From Eledone cirrhosa (lineage: Eukaryota): a stretch of 64,000 nucleotides of DNA. The stretch is from positions 146,940,001-147,004,000 of the forward strand of contig OZ024742.1 in NCBI GenBank assembly GCA_964016885.1. The letters are read 5' to 3'. The translations under genes were made by a program, and so were the position numbers. The notes beneath the pieces were generated by a model. That model had not been told where the DNA came from and made no database searches. It worked only from the letters and a program-made list of their open reading frames with translations. Shown in pieces: positions 11,790 to 25,319 of this stretch (its first letter is position 1; every line of letters begins with the position of its first letter).

Positions 11790-14700
11790 TAATTTCGGAG
11801 TTGGTACCATGAATGTAGGCACCTTAAAAGGTCGCTCAAATGAGGTTGTAGAGATGCTTGAAGATAAGGAAGTTGATATTTGCTGTGTTCAAGAGACTAG
11901 GTGGAGGGGTGAGTCTGCTAGATCCATTGTGGGTAAAAAACGATGCTATAAACTTTTCTGTGTAGGAAATGAAAATGGGCTGGGTGGAGTAGGAATCATT
12001 TTAGCAGAAAAATGGGTAGATAGGGTAATTAAAATAAGACTAGTCCTAAATAAAACTACTGTGACAATAATATCCGCTTATGCCCCCCCAATCTGGACTA
12101 CCTGGCGTTATAAAAGACAGATTCTATGAGTCGCTAATGCTCAATACCTCCCAAATAACCGACAGTGACTACATAATTATTGCTGGTGACCTAAATGGAC
12201 ATGTTGGACAACATTGTGATGGCTATGATGGAATCCATGGAGGCTATGGGTTTGGTAATAGAAATGAGGAAGGCTTCAGAATCCTGGAATTCTGTGACGC
12301 TAATAACATAACTATCTGTAACACAAACTTCAAAAAACGAAACAATCACTTGATCACCTATAGATCAGGGGAACACGCCAGTCAGATAGATTATATCCTT
12401 ACCAGAAGACGGGATGGAGTGTCTGTCGTAAACACTAAATCCCTCCCCCGTGAAAAATGCGCCTCCCAACATAGCCTCATAGTTAGTGACCTCATAGTCA
12501 GGACTAGACGTACTCGACAACAGAGGAGGACTACCCTGAGGAGAAGAATATGGAAGTTAAAGGACCCCACAGCCAGTAACAAATTTAAAAGCATATTACT
12601 TGATGCTTTTGACAGTAAGGAAGAACAATTAGAGTCGTACAATATAGAGGAACAGTGGGAATTCCTGAAAGTTAACCTACTGAAGGCAACAGATGAAATC
12701 TGTGGCTGGAGCAGACCTATAGGGAGGAGGAGAGTAACTTGGTGGTGGAACAGTAAGATGGAGGAGTCAATCAAGGCCAAAAAGCAGGCTTGGAAAGTAT
12801 GGCGGGATGGGGGAAGTAGAGAACATTATCAAGTGGCCAGGAGAGAAGCTAGGAGACAAGTGTACTTTGCAAGAAGGGAAGCAGAGGAAAGAAAGTTCAA
12901 GCATGTTCTACAACGTGAGGACCAAAAACGTGAGGTGTTCAGGATTGCAAGACAATGTGTCAAGGAAAACTGTGATATTGTCGGGGAGAAGTGTGTCCGT
13001 AATGATGATGGTGTACTTGCCATCACTGATGCTGATAAGAAGGTAGCTTGGAAGTGTCACTACAAGAGACTACTAAATGAGGAGAATAAATGGGAAAAAG
13101 ATAGTCTGCCCCAAATTGATCCAATAGAGGGACCAGCAGTGCAAGTTAAAGGTAGTATAATAAGTAAGGCAATCAAAGATATGAAGACAGGCAAGGCAGC
13201 TGGGCCTTCGGAGATAGTTGCTGAAATGCTGAAAGCATCTGGAATGGCGGGACACACTATGGTCACCCGGATAGTAAACCAAGTCATACAGAATGGGGTC
13301 ATACCAAATGACTGGCATAGCAGCATCATTATTAACTGCTACAAGAGTAAAGGAGATGCGCTAGATAGGGGAAAGTATAGAGGCATAAAATTGGTTGACC
13401 AGGTCATGAAGGTCACAGAAAGAGTTATAGCGCAACTAATCAGAGAGCGAATTGATCTAGATGAAATGCAGTTTGGGCTTGTGTCAGGTAAAAGTACCAC
13501 AGACGCCCTTTTCCTTGTACGACAACTACAGGAGAAGTACCTAGCTAAAGGTAAACCCCTATACTTAGCTTTTGTTGACTTGGAGAAAGCCTTTGCCAGA
13601 GTCCCCCGCTCCATTATCTGGTGGGCTCTTAGAAAACTAGGTGTTGATGATTGGCTCGTGAGAGCTATACAAGCCATGTACAAAGAAACAGTCAGCAAGG
13701 TTAGAATTAACAACGAATATAGTGAAGAATTTAGCGTAAAAGTTGGTGTTCATCAAGGTTCTGTCCTTAGCACCTCCTATTTATTATTGCCCTTCAGGCT
13801 ATAACAGAGGAGTTCAAGACCAGCTGCCCATGGGAACTTCTATACGCAGATGATCTAACTCTCATAGCTGAATCGATGGCTGAACTAGAGAAGAAATTCC
13901 AAACATGGAAGCATGGCCTAGAATCAAAGAGCCTTAAAGTTAACTTGTCTAAGACTAAAGTTCTAGTATGTAGGAAGGAAAATAGGGCACAGGTGCCCTC
14001 TGGGAAATGGCCATGCTCAGTGTGTAGGAAAGGAGTAGGCAGAAATTCAACATTATGTCCCAAATGCAAATTATGGGTATATAAAAGATGTAGTGGGATC
14101 ACAGGTAAGCTAACTAAGAATATAGATTTTATATGTGGCCAATGCTCAGGTGCAATAAGTAGCAAGTGACCACAAAATACTAGCTCCTTCTATTGCTCAG
14201 ATGGTTCTATAGAAATAGTGGACACTTTCCGCTACCTGGGTGACAAAATCAGCAGTTGTGGAGGGTGCTCCGAAAGTACAGTAGTCAGAGTCAGAACAGG
14301 ATGGAAAAAGTTCAGAGAGCTTATACACTGTTGGCCTCAAAAGGTTTCTCTCTAAAAATGAAAGGCAGATTGTATGATGCCTGTATACGAACAGCAATGC
14401 TACATGTCAGTGAGACATGGGCTTTGTGTGCAGAGGATCTGCGCAGACTGGAGAGGAATGAAGCATCCATGCTCCGTTGGATGTGTAATAGTAATATACG
14501 CGAACGGCAAAGCATAAATGAACTAAGGGAGAAATTGGGAATAAGAGAGATCAGATGCTGTTCACTCGAGAGAAGACTACGTTAGTATGGTCACGTGATG
14601 CGCATGAAAGAGTGCAGGGCGATCAAAATTGATGGAAGTTACGGAGTAGGCAGACCCAGAAAAACCTGGGATGATTTGATAAATTCCGACCTTACACACT

Positions 14701-15121
14701 TACACCTCTCTAAGACAATGCCACTGGACCGAGATCTTTGGCACTATGCAGTAATACAGAAGACCCGCCTTGCCTAAGTACAAAGCGAAACTTACAGTCA
14801 GTAGGCACCTCTTAATCAAATATACACACCCCTCTCACTACCCCAACTACCCCATCCCCACCCCTTTCTCTGTAAAGTTATGTTGGTACCACAACATCCA
14901 GTCCAAAATAAATGAGGTCATGTAGGTGTCACGACAAAAAACACACAGTCCACGCTGTAATGTGGCCGTGTAAACGTGGTTGGTGTTAGGAAGGGCATCC
15001 AGCCATAGAAAACCTGCCAGACAGTCCTATATGAGCGAGACATGGTCGCCCGATCAATCTTGCCTCAAGTAGGACAATTCCCCGTCTAAACTGATGCTAG
15101 CGTGGAAGATAGACGTTAAAC

Positions 15122-15150
<29 letters not shown>
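11790..15150 (+). pseudogene. RTE LINE, near full-length, frameshifted
   Basis: ORFs 11809-12129, 12080-13804, 13876-14169, 14256-14585 and 14595-14777 tile EN-RT-PHD; (GAT)n tail at 15122-15150. Confidence 0.95.
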
Positions 15151-15152
<2 letters not shown>

Positions 15153-15689
15153 GCATAAGTCAAATATTTTAATATGTAACAGATGTTTTATTTATATTTA
15201 TATTTTAAAATTGACTTGAATGTTCTAACAAGTGACAGCCACTCCTCTCCAGCACCATAGAACCATTCACACCACCACAAAACCATCCATACCGCCCTAC
15301 AACATTCACAACTCTTACAACACTCACCCATTACATGCACACACACACTACACCTCCCCCTCCTCACCTCCTTATTGCGTATGTTTTGACACTTTTATAG
15401 CATTTTGTAAATCAAACTATATTTAAACAAGAATATAAACTGGTTTTAAATATCATCAGCGTCGTCATCACCCTCCTCTCCTCCTCCTTCTATTATCATC
15501 ATCATCAATATCACCTCTTCCTCCTCCTCATGATCATCATTTTCCACACCATCACCACCGCCATCATAATTTTCATCATCATCATCATCATCATCACTAT
15601 TATCATCATGATGTTTACATCTATTTTCCCATAGTTGCATGGGCTGGAAGGAATGTTAATGATTCAATTATTTAGCCACTAGTTAAGGG

Positions 15690-16625
15690 CAACAAGTAGT
15701 GAAGGGAAGGTGTAGTCAGTGAGGGTAACATGGAGTGAAGGGAATGTGTAGTGAGTGAGGGCAACAGAGAGTGAAGGGGTGGTGTTGTGAGTGAGGGTAA
15801 CATGGAGTGAAGGGAATGTGTAGTGAGTGAGGGCAACAGAGAGTGAAGGGGTGGTGTTGTGAGTGAGAGTAACAGAGAGTGAAGGGAATGTGTAGTGAGT
15901 GAGGGCAACAGAGAGTGAAGGGGTGGTGTTGTGAGTGAGAGTAACAGAGAGTGAAGGGAATGTGTAGTGAGTGAGGGCAACAGAGAGTGAAAGGGTGGTG
16001 TTGTGAGTGAGAGTAACAGAGAGTGAAGGGAATGTGTAGTGAGTGAGGGCAACAGAGAGTGAAGGGGTGGTGTTGTGAGTGAGGGTAACAGAGAGTGAAG
16101 GGAATGTGTAGTGAATGAGGGCAACAGAGAGTGAAGGGGTGGTGTTGTGAGTGAGAGTAACAGAGAGTGAAGGGAATGTGTAGTGAGTGAGGGCAACAGA
16201 GAGTGAAGGGGTGGTGTTGTGAGTGAGGGTAACAGAGAGTGAAGGGAATGTGTAGTGAATGAGGGCAACAGAGAGTGAAGGGGTGGTGTTGTGAGTGAGG
16301 GTAACAGGGAGTGAAGGGAAGGTGTAGTGAGTGAGAGTAACACAGAGTGAAGGGAAGGTGTAGTGAGTGAGGGTAACATAAAGTAAGGGGTGGTGTAGTG
16401 AGTGAGGGTAACACAGAGTGAAGGGAAGGTGTAGTGAGTGAGGGTAACATGGGGTGAACTGGTTGTGTAGTGCGTGAGGGTAACATAAAGTGAGGGGTCG
16501 TGTAGTGAGTGAGGGTAACATAAAGTGAGGAGTGGTGTAGTGAGTGAGGGTAACAGAGAGTGAAGGTGTTGTGTAGAGAGTGAAGGTAACAATGCATGAA
16601 GGGGAGGTGTAGTGAGTGAGGGCAT
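15690..16625. repeat. 36-bp G-rich minisatellite with alternating A/B units (72-bp higher order)
   Basis: gtgagtgagggcaacagagagtgaaggggtggtgtt alternates with gtgagtgagrgtaacagagagtgaagggaatgtgta. Confidence 0.95.
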
Positions 16626-16629
16626 TATA

Positions 16630-17950
16630 CAACCACCAGCAACAATAACAACCATCCCACCACTAGCAACAACAACAACAACTACACAAATACACCACCA
16701 GCCATGACACATGGCAACTGCTATTCCCGTAAACCCCCCACCCCCATCATCGACCAGGATATTAATAATGACCACAGAACCACCACCCACCACCAACCAT
16801 ACAACCACTACCACCAGACATTATACTACCATCAGCAACAACAACAACCACACCAGCACCAACAACCACAACACCTCACCCTCCAACAACCATGATACTA
16901 TCACCCCCACCCCCACAACCAGCACCATCACCAATAATGACACCACCACGAATAATAACAACCATACCACCATCTCCAACCACAATACCACCAACAACAC
17001 CAACACCACCAACAACACCACCAACAACACCAACACCACCAACAACAACAACACCAACAACACCACCAACAACAACACCACCAACACCATCACCAACAAC
17101 AACAACACCAACAACAACAACACCAACAACAACACCACCAACATCACCAACACCAACACCACCACAACAACACCACCAACATCACCAACACCAACACCAC
17201 CACAACAACACCAACAACAACAACAACACCAACATCACCAACACCATCACCAACACCAACACCACCAACAACACCAACAACACCAACAACACCAACACCA
17301 CCAACAACAACACCACCAACATCACCAACAACAACACCACCAACATCACCAACACCAACACCACCACAACAACACCACCAACAACACCAACACCATCACC
17401 AACACCAACAACACCACCAACAACAACACCACCAACATCACCAACACCAACACCACCACAACAACACCACCAACAACACCAACACCATCACCAACACCAC
17501 CAACAACGACACCACCAACATCACCAACACCATCACCAACATCACCAACACCAACAACACCAACACCACCAACACCATCACCAACATCACCAACACCAAC
17601 ACCACCACAACAACACCACCAACAACACCAACACCATCACCAACACCAACAACACCACCAACAACAACACCACCATCACCAACACCAACACCACCACAAC
17701 AACACCACCAACATCACCAACACCGTCACCAACACCAACACCACCAACACCATCACCAACACCAACACCACCAACAACAACACCACCAACATCACCAACA
17801 CCATCACCAACAACAACAACACCAACAACAGCAACACCACCAACAACAACACCACCAACATCACCAACACCATCACCAACATCACCAACACCAACAACAC
17901 CAACACCACCAACACCACCGCCAACAGCACAATCAATAACAACAACGATA
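16630..17950. repeat. Compound (CAA/CAC/CAT)n low-complexity tract
   Basis: Direct reading; it explains the T/N/P/Q/H-rich ORFs. Confidence 0.95.
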
Positions 17951-18047
17951 TTAATACCTCATGTATTCAGTACTAAACAATCTACACTACAATCTGTTTA
18001 TGTCATGTCACACTGTTTTGTATTCTGGTGTTAGTGTTATTTGGAGT

Positions 18048-19320
18048 AATGAGAGAGACACCCACATAGCCACATAGTATACTAGAAATAACAGCAAAAT
18101 GTAATGAGGGAGACATCCACATAGCCACATAGTATACTAGAAATAACAGCAAAATGTAATGAGGGAGACATCCACAAAGTCACAACACTTAGAAACAGTA
18201 GCTAAATGTAAGGCTAGTCCTTTTAATAGGGGAGACACCCACATAGTCACATCAGTTACTAGAAACAGTAGCTAAATGTAGGGCTAGTCCCTTTAATGAG
18301 GGTGACACCCACATAGTCACATCAGTTACTAGAAACAGTAGCTAAATGTAGTGCTAGTCCTTTTAATGAGGGAGACACCCACACAGTCACATCAGTTACT
18401 AGAAACAGTAGCTAAATGTAGTGCTAGTCCTTTTAATGAGGGAGACACCCACACAGTCACATCAGTTACTAGAAACAGTAGCTAAATGTAGTGCTAGTCC
18501 TTTTAATGAGGGAGACACCCACATAGTCACATCAGTTACTAGAAACAGTAGCTAAATGTAGGGCTAGTCCCCTTAATGAGGGAGACACCCACACAGTCAC
18601 ATCAGTTACTAGAAACAGTAGCTAAATGTAGGGCTAGTCCTTTTAATAGGGGAGACACCCACATAGTCACATCAGTTACTAGAAACAGTAGCTAAATGTA
18701 GGGCTAGTCCCTTTAATGAGGGAGACACCCACATAGTCACATCAGTTACTAGAAACAGTAGCTAAATGTAGGGCTAGTCCCTTTAATGAGGGAGACACCC
18801 ACACAGTCACATCAGTTACTAGAAACAGTAGCTAAATGTAGGGCTAGTCCCTTTAATGAGGGAGAGACCCACACAGTCACATCAGTTACTAGAAACAGTA
18901 GCTAAATGTAGGGCTAGTCCCTTTAATGAGGGTGACACCCACATAGTCACATCAGTTACTAGAAACAGTAGCTAAATGTAGGGCTAGTCCCTTTAATAGG
19001 GGAGACACCCACATAGTCACATCAGTTACTAGAAACAGTAGCTAAATGTAGGGCTAGTCCCTTTAATGAGGGTGACACCCACACAGTCACATCAGTTACT
19101 AGAAACAGTAGCTAAATGTAGAGCTAGTCTCTTTAATGAGGGAGACACCCACATAGTCACATCAGTTACTAGAAACAGTAGCTAAATGTAGTGCTACATA
19201 ACCACATTAATGAAGAAGGCACTCACGTGGTCACATAGTCTATTAGAAACAGCAGCTAAATGAAGTGTAATGGGGGAGACTTCTTATAGTCATAACACTT
19301 ACTGAAACAGTAGCTAAATC
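18048..19320. repeat. 70-bp tandem satellite (14 homogeneous copies from 18221 to about 19195, plus degenerate flanks)
   Basis: Unit ytttaatgagggagacacccacayagtcacatcagttactagaaacagtagctaaatgtagkgctagtcc recurs every 70 nt. Confidence 0.95.
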
Positions 19321-19507
19321 TCGTTTTAAAAATGGAAAGATATATTGCATAACATAGTCTAGAATGTACTATACCTGAAAAATATAGGGTTGAGTCAGTT
19401 ATGGCTGGTATGTTTATAATCGTTGGTCTGCTTAATCAAAGTGGTCTATGGCTAAACAAAACCCCCACCACCCACCAGACAATAAATCATGTTAATTATT
19501 ATAAACA

Positions 19508-19694
19508 CTAGCATGTGTAGTGTGTATATTGATATTATACGCAAGTAGATATGCATGTAGATATGATACGTCAAATAAAATCGTAATTGACAATATACAC
19601 AGAAATTGAACGAAGACTGAGTTACACTGTCTTATTTAATCAGTAACGTAATCCATGATACATTAAAAAAGATGATATTATATATAAACTGCAT
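19508..19694 (-). mobile_element. Non-autonomous Helitron 3' fragment
   Basis: Matches 44480-44670 directly and 51700-52050 in reverse; ends CTAG|T on the minus strand. Confidence 0.75.
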
Positions 19695-19908
19695 TTAAAC
19701 CAGCCATATCCGGCCAGAATTCTCTCATTTCTCTCAGTTCAAACTGACCGTAACTGGCCACTCATACTGATGTTAAGGTATAGTTCTCAAAATAAATAGC
19801 ATCAAAATCTCATAGATTCGATATTATGTGAGATAATTATGTGAAATAAAGCCTTTACCGGGAAAATACAATAGTAAATATAGAGTAATGTAAATGCTAA
19901 AGGGTTAA
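19691..19908 (-). mobile_element. piggyBac-type MITE family A
   Basis: Reverse complement of 2483-2710; ends TAAATGCTAAAGGG-TTAA. Confidence 0.85.
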
Positions 19909-20265
19909 ATATTCTTGCCAACCCACAATTGGCCAAGCATGGTGAGTACAACTACACCCCTGAAGACATGAACAAAACCAAACAGAAAGTGATGGAGGTC
20001 AACCAAGGAGGGGTTCCTCCAACATGAGTGAGAAGACCATGGATTGGAATCAAGCATAGTTATGTGGTTAAGAAGTTTGCTTTGTAACTCATGTTTTCAG
20101 GTTCAATCTCACTCTACAGTATCTTGGACAAGTATCTTCTACCATAGATTTTGGGTCAATTCAATTCTTATGAGTGTAATTTAGCAGATATAAACTGTGT
20201 GGGAGCCCATCTAGTGTATGTTAGGGGTGGGGTGAAAGCACATTTCTATTCTTGAGTGGTAAACA

Positions 20266-20492
20266 TAACCCTTTAGCATTTACATTACTCTATATTTACT
20301 ATTGTATTTTCATGGTAAATTCTTTATCTCACATAATTATCTCACATAATATCAAATCTACGAGATTTGATAATATATACTTTGAGAACAATACCTTAAC
20401 ATAAGTATGAGCAGCTGGTTACGGCCTGTTTGAATAGAAAGAGGTGAGAGAATTCTGGCTGGATATGGCTGGTTTAAATGTTAGAGGATTAA
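20266..20492 (+). mobile_element. piggyBac-type MITE family A
   Basis: CCCTTTAGCATTTA ... TAAATGTTAGAGGA-TTAA. Confidence 0.85.
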
Positions 20493-21310
20493 TCCACATC
20501 AGTTTAACAACACCATCTGGTTCTTGTGTACCTTTAATAGAGTCCACTATGTTGCAACTGTTCAAGTCAGGTCATACAATCTGAGGATATCTCCTGCCTT
20601 TCCTCCCACCAATCATAGGGACCCTGAAAAATACCATGGCCCCTGTCCTTCCTCACACCAGTCTCAGAGATCCTAAAAAATATCTTGGATACTTTACTTC
20701 CTCCCACCAGTTTTTGAGATATTGAAAAGTATCATAGGCACTTCCCTTTTTTTCTCACAAATCTCAGAAACCTTGAAAAATATTGTTGATCTTGTTGTTG
20801 TTGTTATTGGTCAAAATGCTGCTGGTGCTGGTGCTGATGCTGGTACTGGGTAGCTGGTCATTCTAGTGGTAATATTTAAGGTGGAGCGGGGTTGGGTGGA
20901 TTTAGTGGTGTAAATATGTTCACCTCATCAACGTAACTACATCTAGTGTGTTTTGATAACCTGACATAACATGCTGTGCTGTTGCAAGTGAGGTTAAGCT
21001 GTTATAGCATACCCACTATGCTGTAACTCAATTAATTATACCTTTGATCACACCCAGACCTTCTTAACCCCTAATCTTACCAGCTACACCTGTCATGTAC
21101 TCTTTGAACTAGTTAGAAAGTCTCTCCAATGCTCAATAATTATGTTCAGAACCCAACAAAATTAATTACAATTTTCACCTGTAACATACAATTCTGTTAT
21201 ATGTATGTGTGTGTGTATGTGTGTGTACATGTATGTATGTATTTATGTATATATATATGTATGTATTATATGTGTATATACACACACACACACATATATA
21301 TATACATATA

Positions 21311-21520
21311 TTAATTATATAGAAATGACTTCTACAGTACTAGAACTGTTTCATTTGTATGAAATCATTAAGAATGTCCTGATGATTTCATATGAATGAA
21401 ACAGTTCTAGTACAGTAGAAGTCATTTGTATATAATAAATATGCTTATTCTCTATTAACGTATTGAGTATCTTATCTAACTGTTATTTCCCAATCTCCTT
21501 GGGATACCATCCTTAATTTT
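21311..21520 (+). mobile_element. Fold-back Penelope-like terminal fragment with decayed hammerhead core
   Basis: Inverted arms at about 21313-21372 and 21378-21436; CTGATGA(21379)-tttcatatgaat-GAAA; AATAAA; flanked by (TA)n. Confidence 0.6.
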
Positions 21521-21538
21521 ATATATATATATATATAT

Positions 21539-21883
21539 GGAGGCACATGGCTTAGTGGTTAGAGCACTGGCCTTGCAATCGAAAGGTTGTGAGTTCAATT
21601 CTCAGACCGGGTGATGTGTTGTTTCCTTGAGCAAGACACTTTATTTCACATTGCTCCAGTTTACTCAGCTGTAGAAATGAGATGATAGGGACTTGGGTCC
21701 CTATCATTCCACTTCAAAGTGGTCGTGGAGGTGCCACGGCAAAAAAGCACCCAGCACTCACTGTAAATGAGGTTGGTGTTAGGAAGGGCATCCAGCTGTA
21801 GAAATCAAGCCAGAATCAGTTCCCGTCCCACCCTTGCAAACAGGGAAAAGCGGACGTAAACATGATGATGATGATGATGATGA
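21539..21883 (+). mobile_element. tRNA-derived SINE with RTE-derived 3' tail
   Basis: A box TGGCTTAGTGG, B box GAGTTCAATTC, TCCTTGAGCAAGACAC central domain, 3' half matching the RTE 3' UTR, (GAT)n tail. Confidence 0.9.
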
Positions 21884-22054
21884 TATATATATATTCCTAC
21901 CTATGCTAGCATGGAAGATGGATGTTGAATATATATGATGATCATCATCATGGTGTGTGTGTATGTGTGTGTTAAAAGTAAACAGAAATAACAAAGCAAA
22001 TGACACTGTACATTGAACAAATATATTAGTTTAATGCTTGAAATTACAGGAAAA

Positions 22055-22097
22055 TAGTTTTAACGTTTCAGACACTAGTCCTTCGTCAGAAGATAGA
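22055..22097 (-). ncRNA. Minimal hammerhead-like motif (weak stem I)
   Basis: Minus strand: CTGACGA-a-ggac tagt gtct-GAAA-CG-TT; stem I pairs poorly. Confidence 0.45.
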
Positions 22098-22200
22098 CTT
22101 AGAAATAAAAGATGAAATAGAAAGATAAAAAGTGAGAAGACGAAGGATTGGGGGAAAAAATGAGAAAAATACACACGTGCGTATTCAGTCAGCCATTTTG

Positions 22201-22610
<410 letters not shown>

Positions 22611-22845
22611 ATATATATATATATATAATATAAAATCAAAAGATGGTTAAAAGAGTTCCATGTATTTTATTATAAAATACATGGAACTCTTTTAACCATC
22701 TTGGAACTCTTTTAACCATCTTTTGATTTTATATTATTTATACTCCAGTCCTATAAACTGTTGAGTGCTACTTATCCAATATTTGCATTGCTTTATTGTG
22801 CTACAATAAAACTCACCTCCTACATTATATATATATATATATGTA

Positions 22846-22895
<50 letters not shown>

Positions 22896-23434
22896 ACACA
22901 TACACACATACATCTATAATGATATATGATAGACTTATATATTTGTATATATAACTTTACTATTTTCACCTATAACATACAAAATGTTGTGAAATGTCAG
23001 AACGAACCATTGGAACATTAGATGAAATGTCTTGAAGTATTTATTCTGGCATTATGCATTCTGAGTTCAAATCTGAGGTTAATTTCACCTTTCATACTTT
23101 CAAGGTTGATAAATAAAGTTACAATGTAGGGCAAAGGACTGGTGGAATAATTAGAATATCAGATGGAATACATTGCAGTATTTGCTTCTCTCTTAGCATA
23201 CTGCATTCAAATCCTGCTCTGGTCTACTTCAATGGTAGACTTAATCTGTCACCTTGTTTAATCCTGCAATCTAACACTTTGTTACAAGCATCTGGACAAG
23301 GTTTCTAGTTTCAGGACATCTTCTATCCCTCCCTCTCTCCCACCAGTACTGACAGCTTGGAATGGGTCATTGGCACTTTTCTTCCTCCTGAATAGCTGAT
23401 AATTAAAAACCAGTGTATTACATGTAGTAATATT

Positions 23435-25175
23435 GACATAAAATGGAATTTCTACCTACTCCTTTCCTGCACACTGAGCAAGGCCATTTCTCTGAGGGTA
23501 TCTGAACCCTATTTTCCTTTCTACATAATAGGACTTTAGTTTTTGATAAATTAACTTTAAGACCTTTTGATTTTAGGCCATGCTTCCAGGTTTGAAATTT
23601 CTTCTCTAATTCTGCCATAGATTCAGCTATGAGAGTTAGATCATCTGCAAACAGAAGTTCCCATGTGCAGCCAGTCTTAAACTCTTCTGTTATAGCCTGT
23701 AGGACAATAATAAACAGGAGAGGGATAAGGACGGAGCCCTGATAAACACCTAACAGCACGCTAAATTCTTCACTATAGTCATTGTTAATTCTAACCTTGC
23801 TGACAGTTCCTCTATACATAGCGTGTACAGCTTTCACAAGTCACTCATCTACTCCTAGTTTTCTAAGAGCCCACCAGATAATGGAATGGGAGACTCTGTC
23901 AAAGGCTTTCTCCAAGTCTACAAAAGCTAAGTACAATGGTTTAGTTTTAGCTAGGAACTTCTCCTACAGTTGCCTCATGAGGAAGAGAGCATCCATGGTA
24001 CTTTTAATTGGCTCAAATCCAAACTGCATTTCATCAAGGTTAACTCGGTCCTTATTCAGCTGTGCAATAACTCTTTCTGTGACCTTCGTTGGCCTGCTCA
24101 ACCAACTTGATGTCTCTGTAGTGTTCTCTGTCAAGAACATCTCCTTTGCCCTTGTAGCAGTTGACGATGATGCTGCTACACCAGTCATTAGGTATGACAC
24201 CGTTTTGTATTACTTGGTTTTCAATACAGGTGACTATGGTGTGACCCACCATCTCAGATGCTTTATGCATCTCAGCAATTATCCCCAAATGCCCAACTGC
24301 CTTGCCTGTCTTCATATCTTTGATTGCCTTACTATACCATTGCTAACCTTGCACAGTCTGTCCCTCTGTTGGATCAACTTGGAGCAAACTATCTTCATCC
24401 CATTCATTCTCCTCATTTAGTAGTCTTTTATAGTGGCATTTCCATGCTACCTTCTTTTCAGCATCACTGAGGGTAAGTACTCCATTATCATCACAGACAC
24501 ACTTCTCCCCAATAACATCAAAATTTTCCCTGACATGTTGCCTTGCAATACCGAACACTTCACGCGTTTGGTCCTCACGTTGCAGAACATGCTTAAGTTA
24601 TTTATCTTCTGCTTCTCTTCTTGCAAAGTACAATTTTCACCTAGCTTCTCTCCTAGCCTCCTGGTAGTGTTCTCTACATCCCCATCCCCCCATTCTTTCC
24701 AAGCCTGCTTTTTGACCTTGATAGTTTCCTCCACCTTACTGTTCCACCACCATGTTACTCTCCTCCTGCCTAGAGGTCTGCTCCAACCACAGATTTCGTT
24801 TGTCTCCTTCAGCAGGTTATCTTTCAGGAAGTTCCAATGCTCCTCTATACTGTATATCTCTATTTGCTCTTCCTTACTGTAAAAAACATTAAGAAACATA
24901 CCTCTAAGTTATTTACTGGCTGTAGGGTCCTTCAGCTTCCAAATTCTTCTGCTCAAGGTTGTCCTCTGCCATCGAGTTAATCTAGCCCTAATGATAAGGT
25001 TGCTAGGTTATGTTTGGAGGTGCATTCTTCACCAGGGAGGGATTTGTATTTACAACTGTCACTCTGTCTCGTCTTCTGGTAAGGATAAAATCTATTTGGC
25101 TGGTGTGCTCCTCTGATCTATAGGTGATTAAGTGATTGTCCCCTTTCTTTTAAGTTTGTGTTACAGATAGATTAT
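23435..25175 (-). pseudogene. Internal RTE LINE fragment, degraded
   Basis: Frameshifted ORFs with TWWWN, QFGF, FADD and KWPCSVCRKG. Confidence 0.9.
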
Positions 25176-25319
25176 ATGTATTTAAATATACATATATATA
25201 TGTAGTATATGAGTATATGTATCATCATCATCATCATCATCATCCTTTTTATGTCCGCTTTTCCCTGCTTGCAAGGGTGGGACGGGAACTGATATATATA
25301 TATATATATATTTATATAT

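Noticed and set aside
11480-11790. HDV-like ribozyme expected at an RTE 5' end
   Set aside because: Could not build a convincing nested double pseudoknot by eye; it needs an RNAmotif/Infernal search
15672-18034. Long ORFs of 293-421 aa (mucin-like or His/Thr/Asn-rich)
   Set aside because: Open in several frames on both strands because the repeats lack stops; no splice or domain evidence
18221-19195. CRISPR-like regular array
   Set aside because: Units are contiguous 70-bp repeats with no unique spacers; eukaryotic context and no cas genes
21539-21612. tRNA gene
   Set aside because: A and B boxes are present, but it continues into a SINE body and has no clean cloverleaf; it is a SINE head
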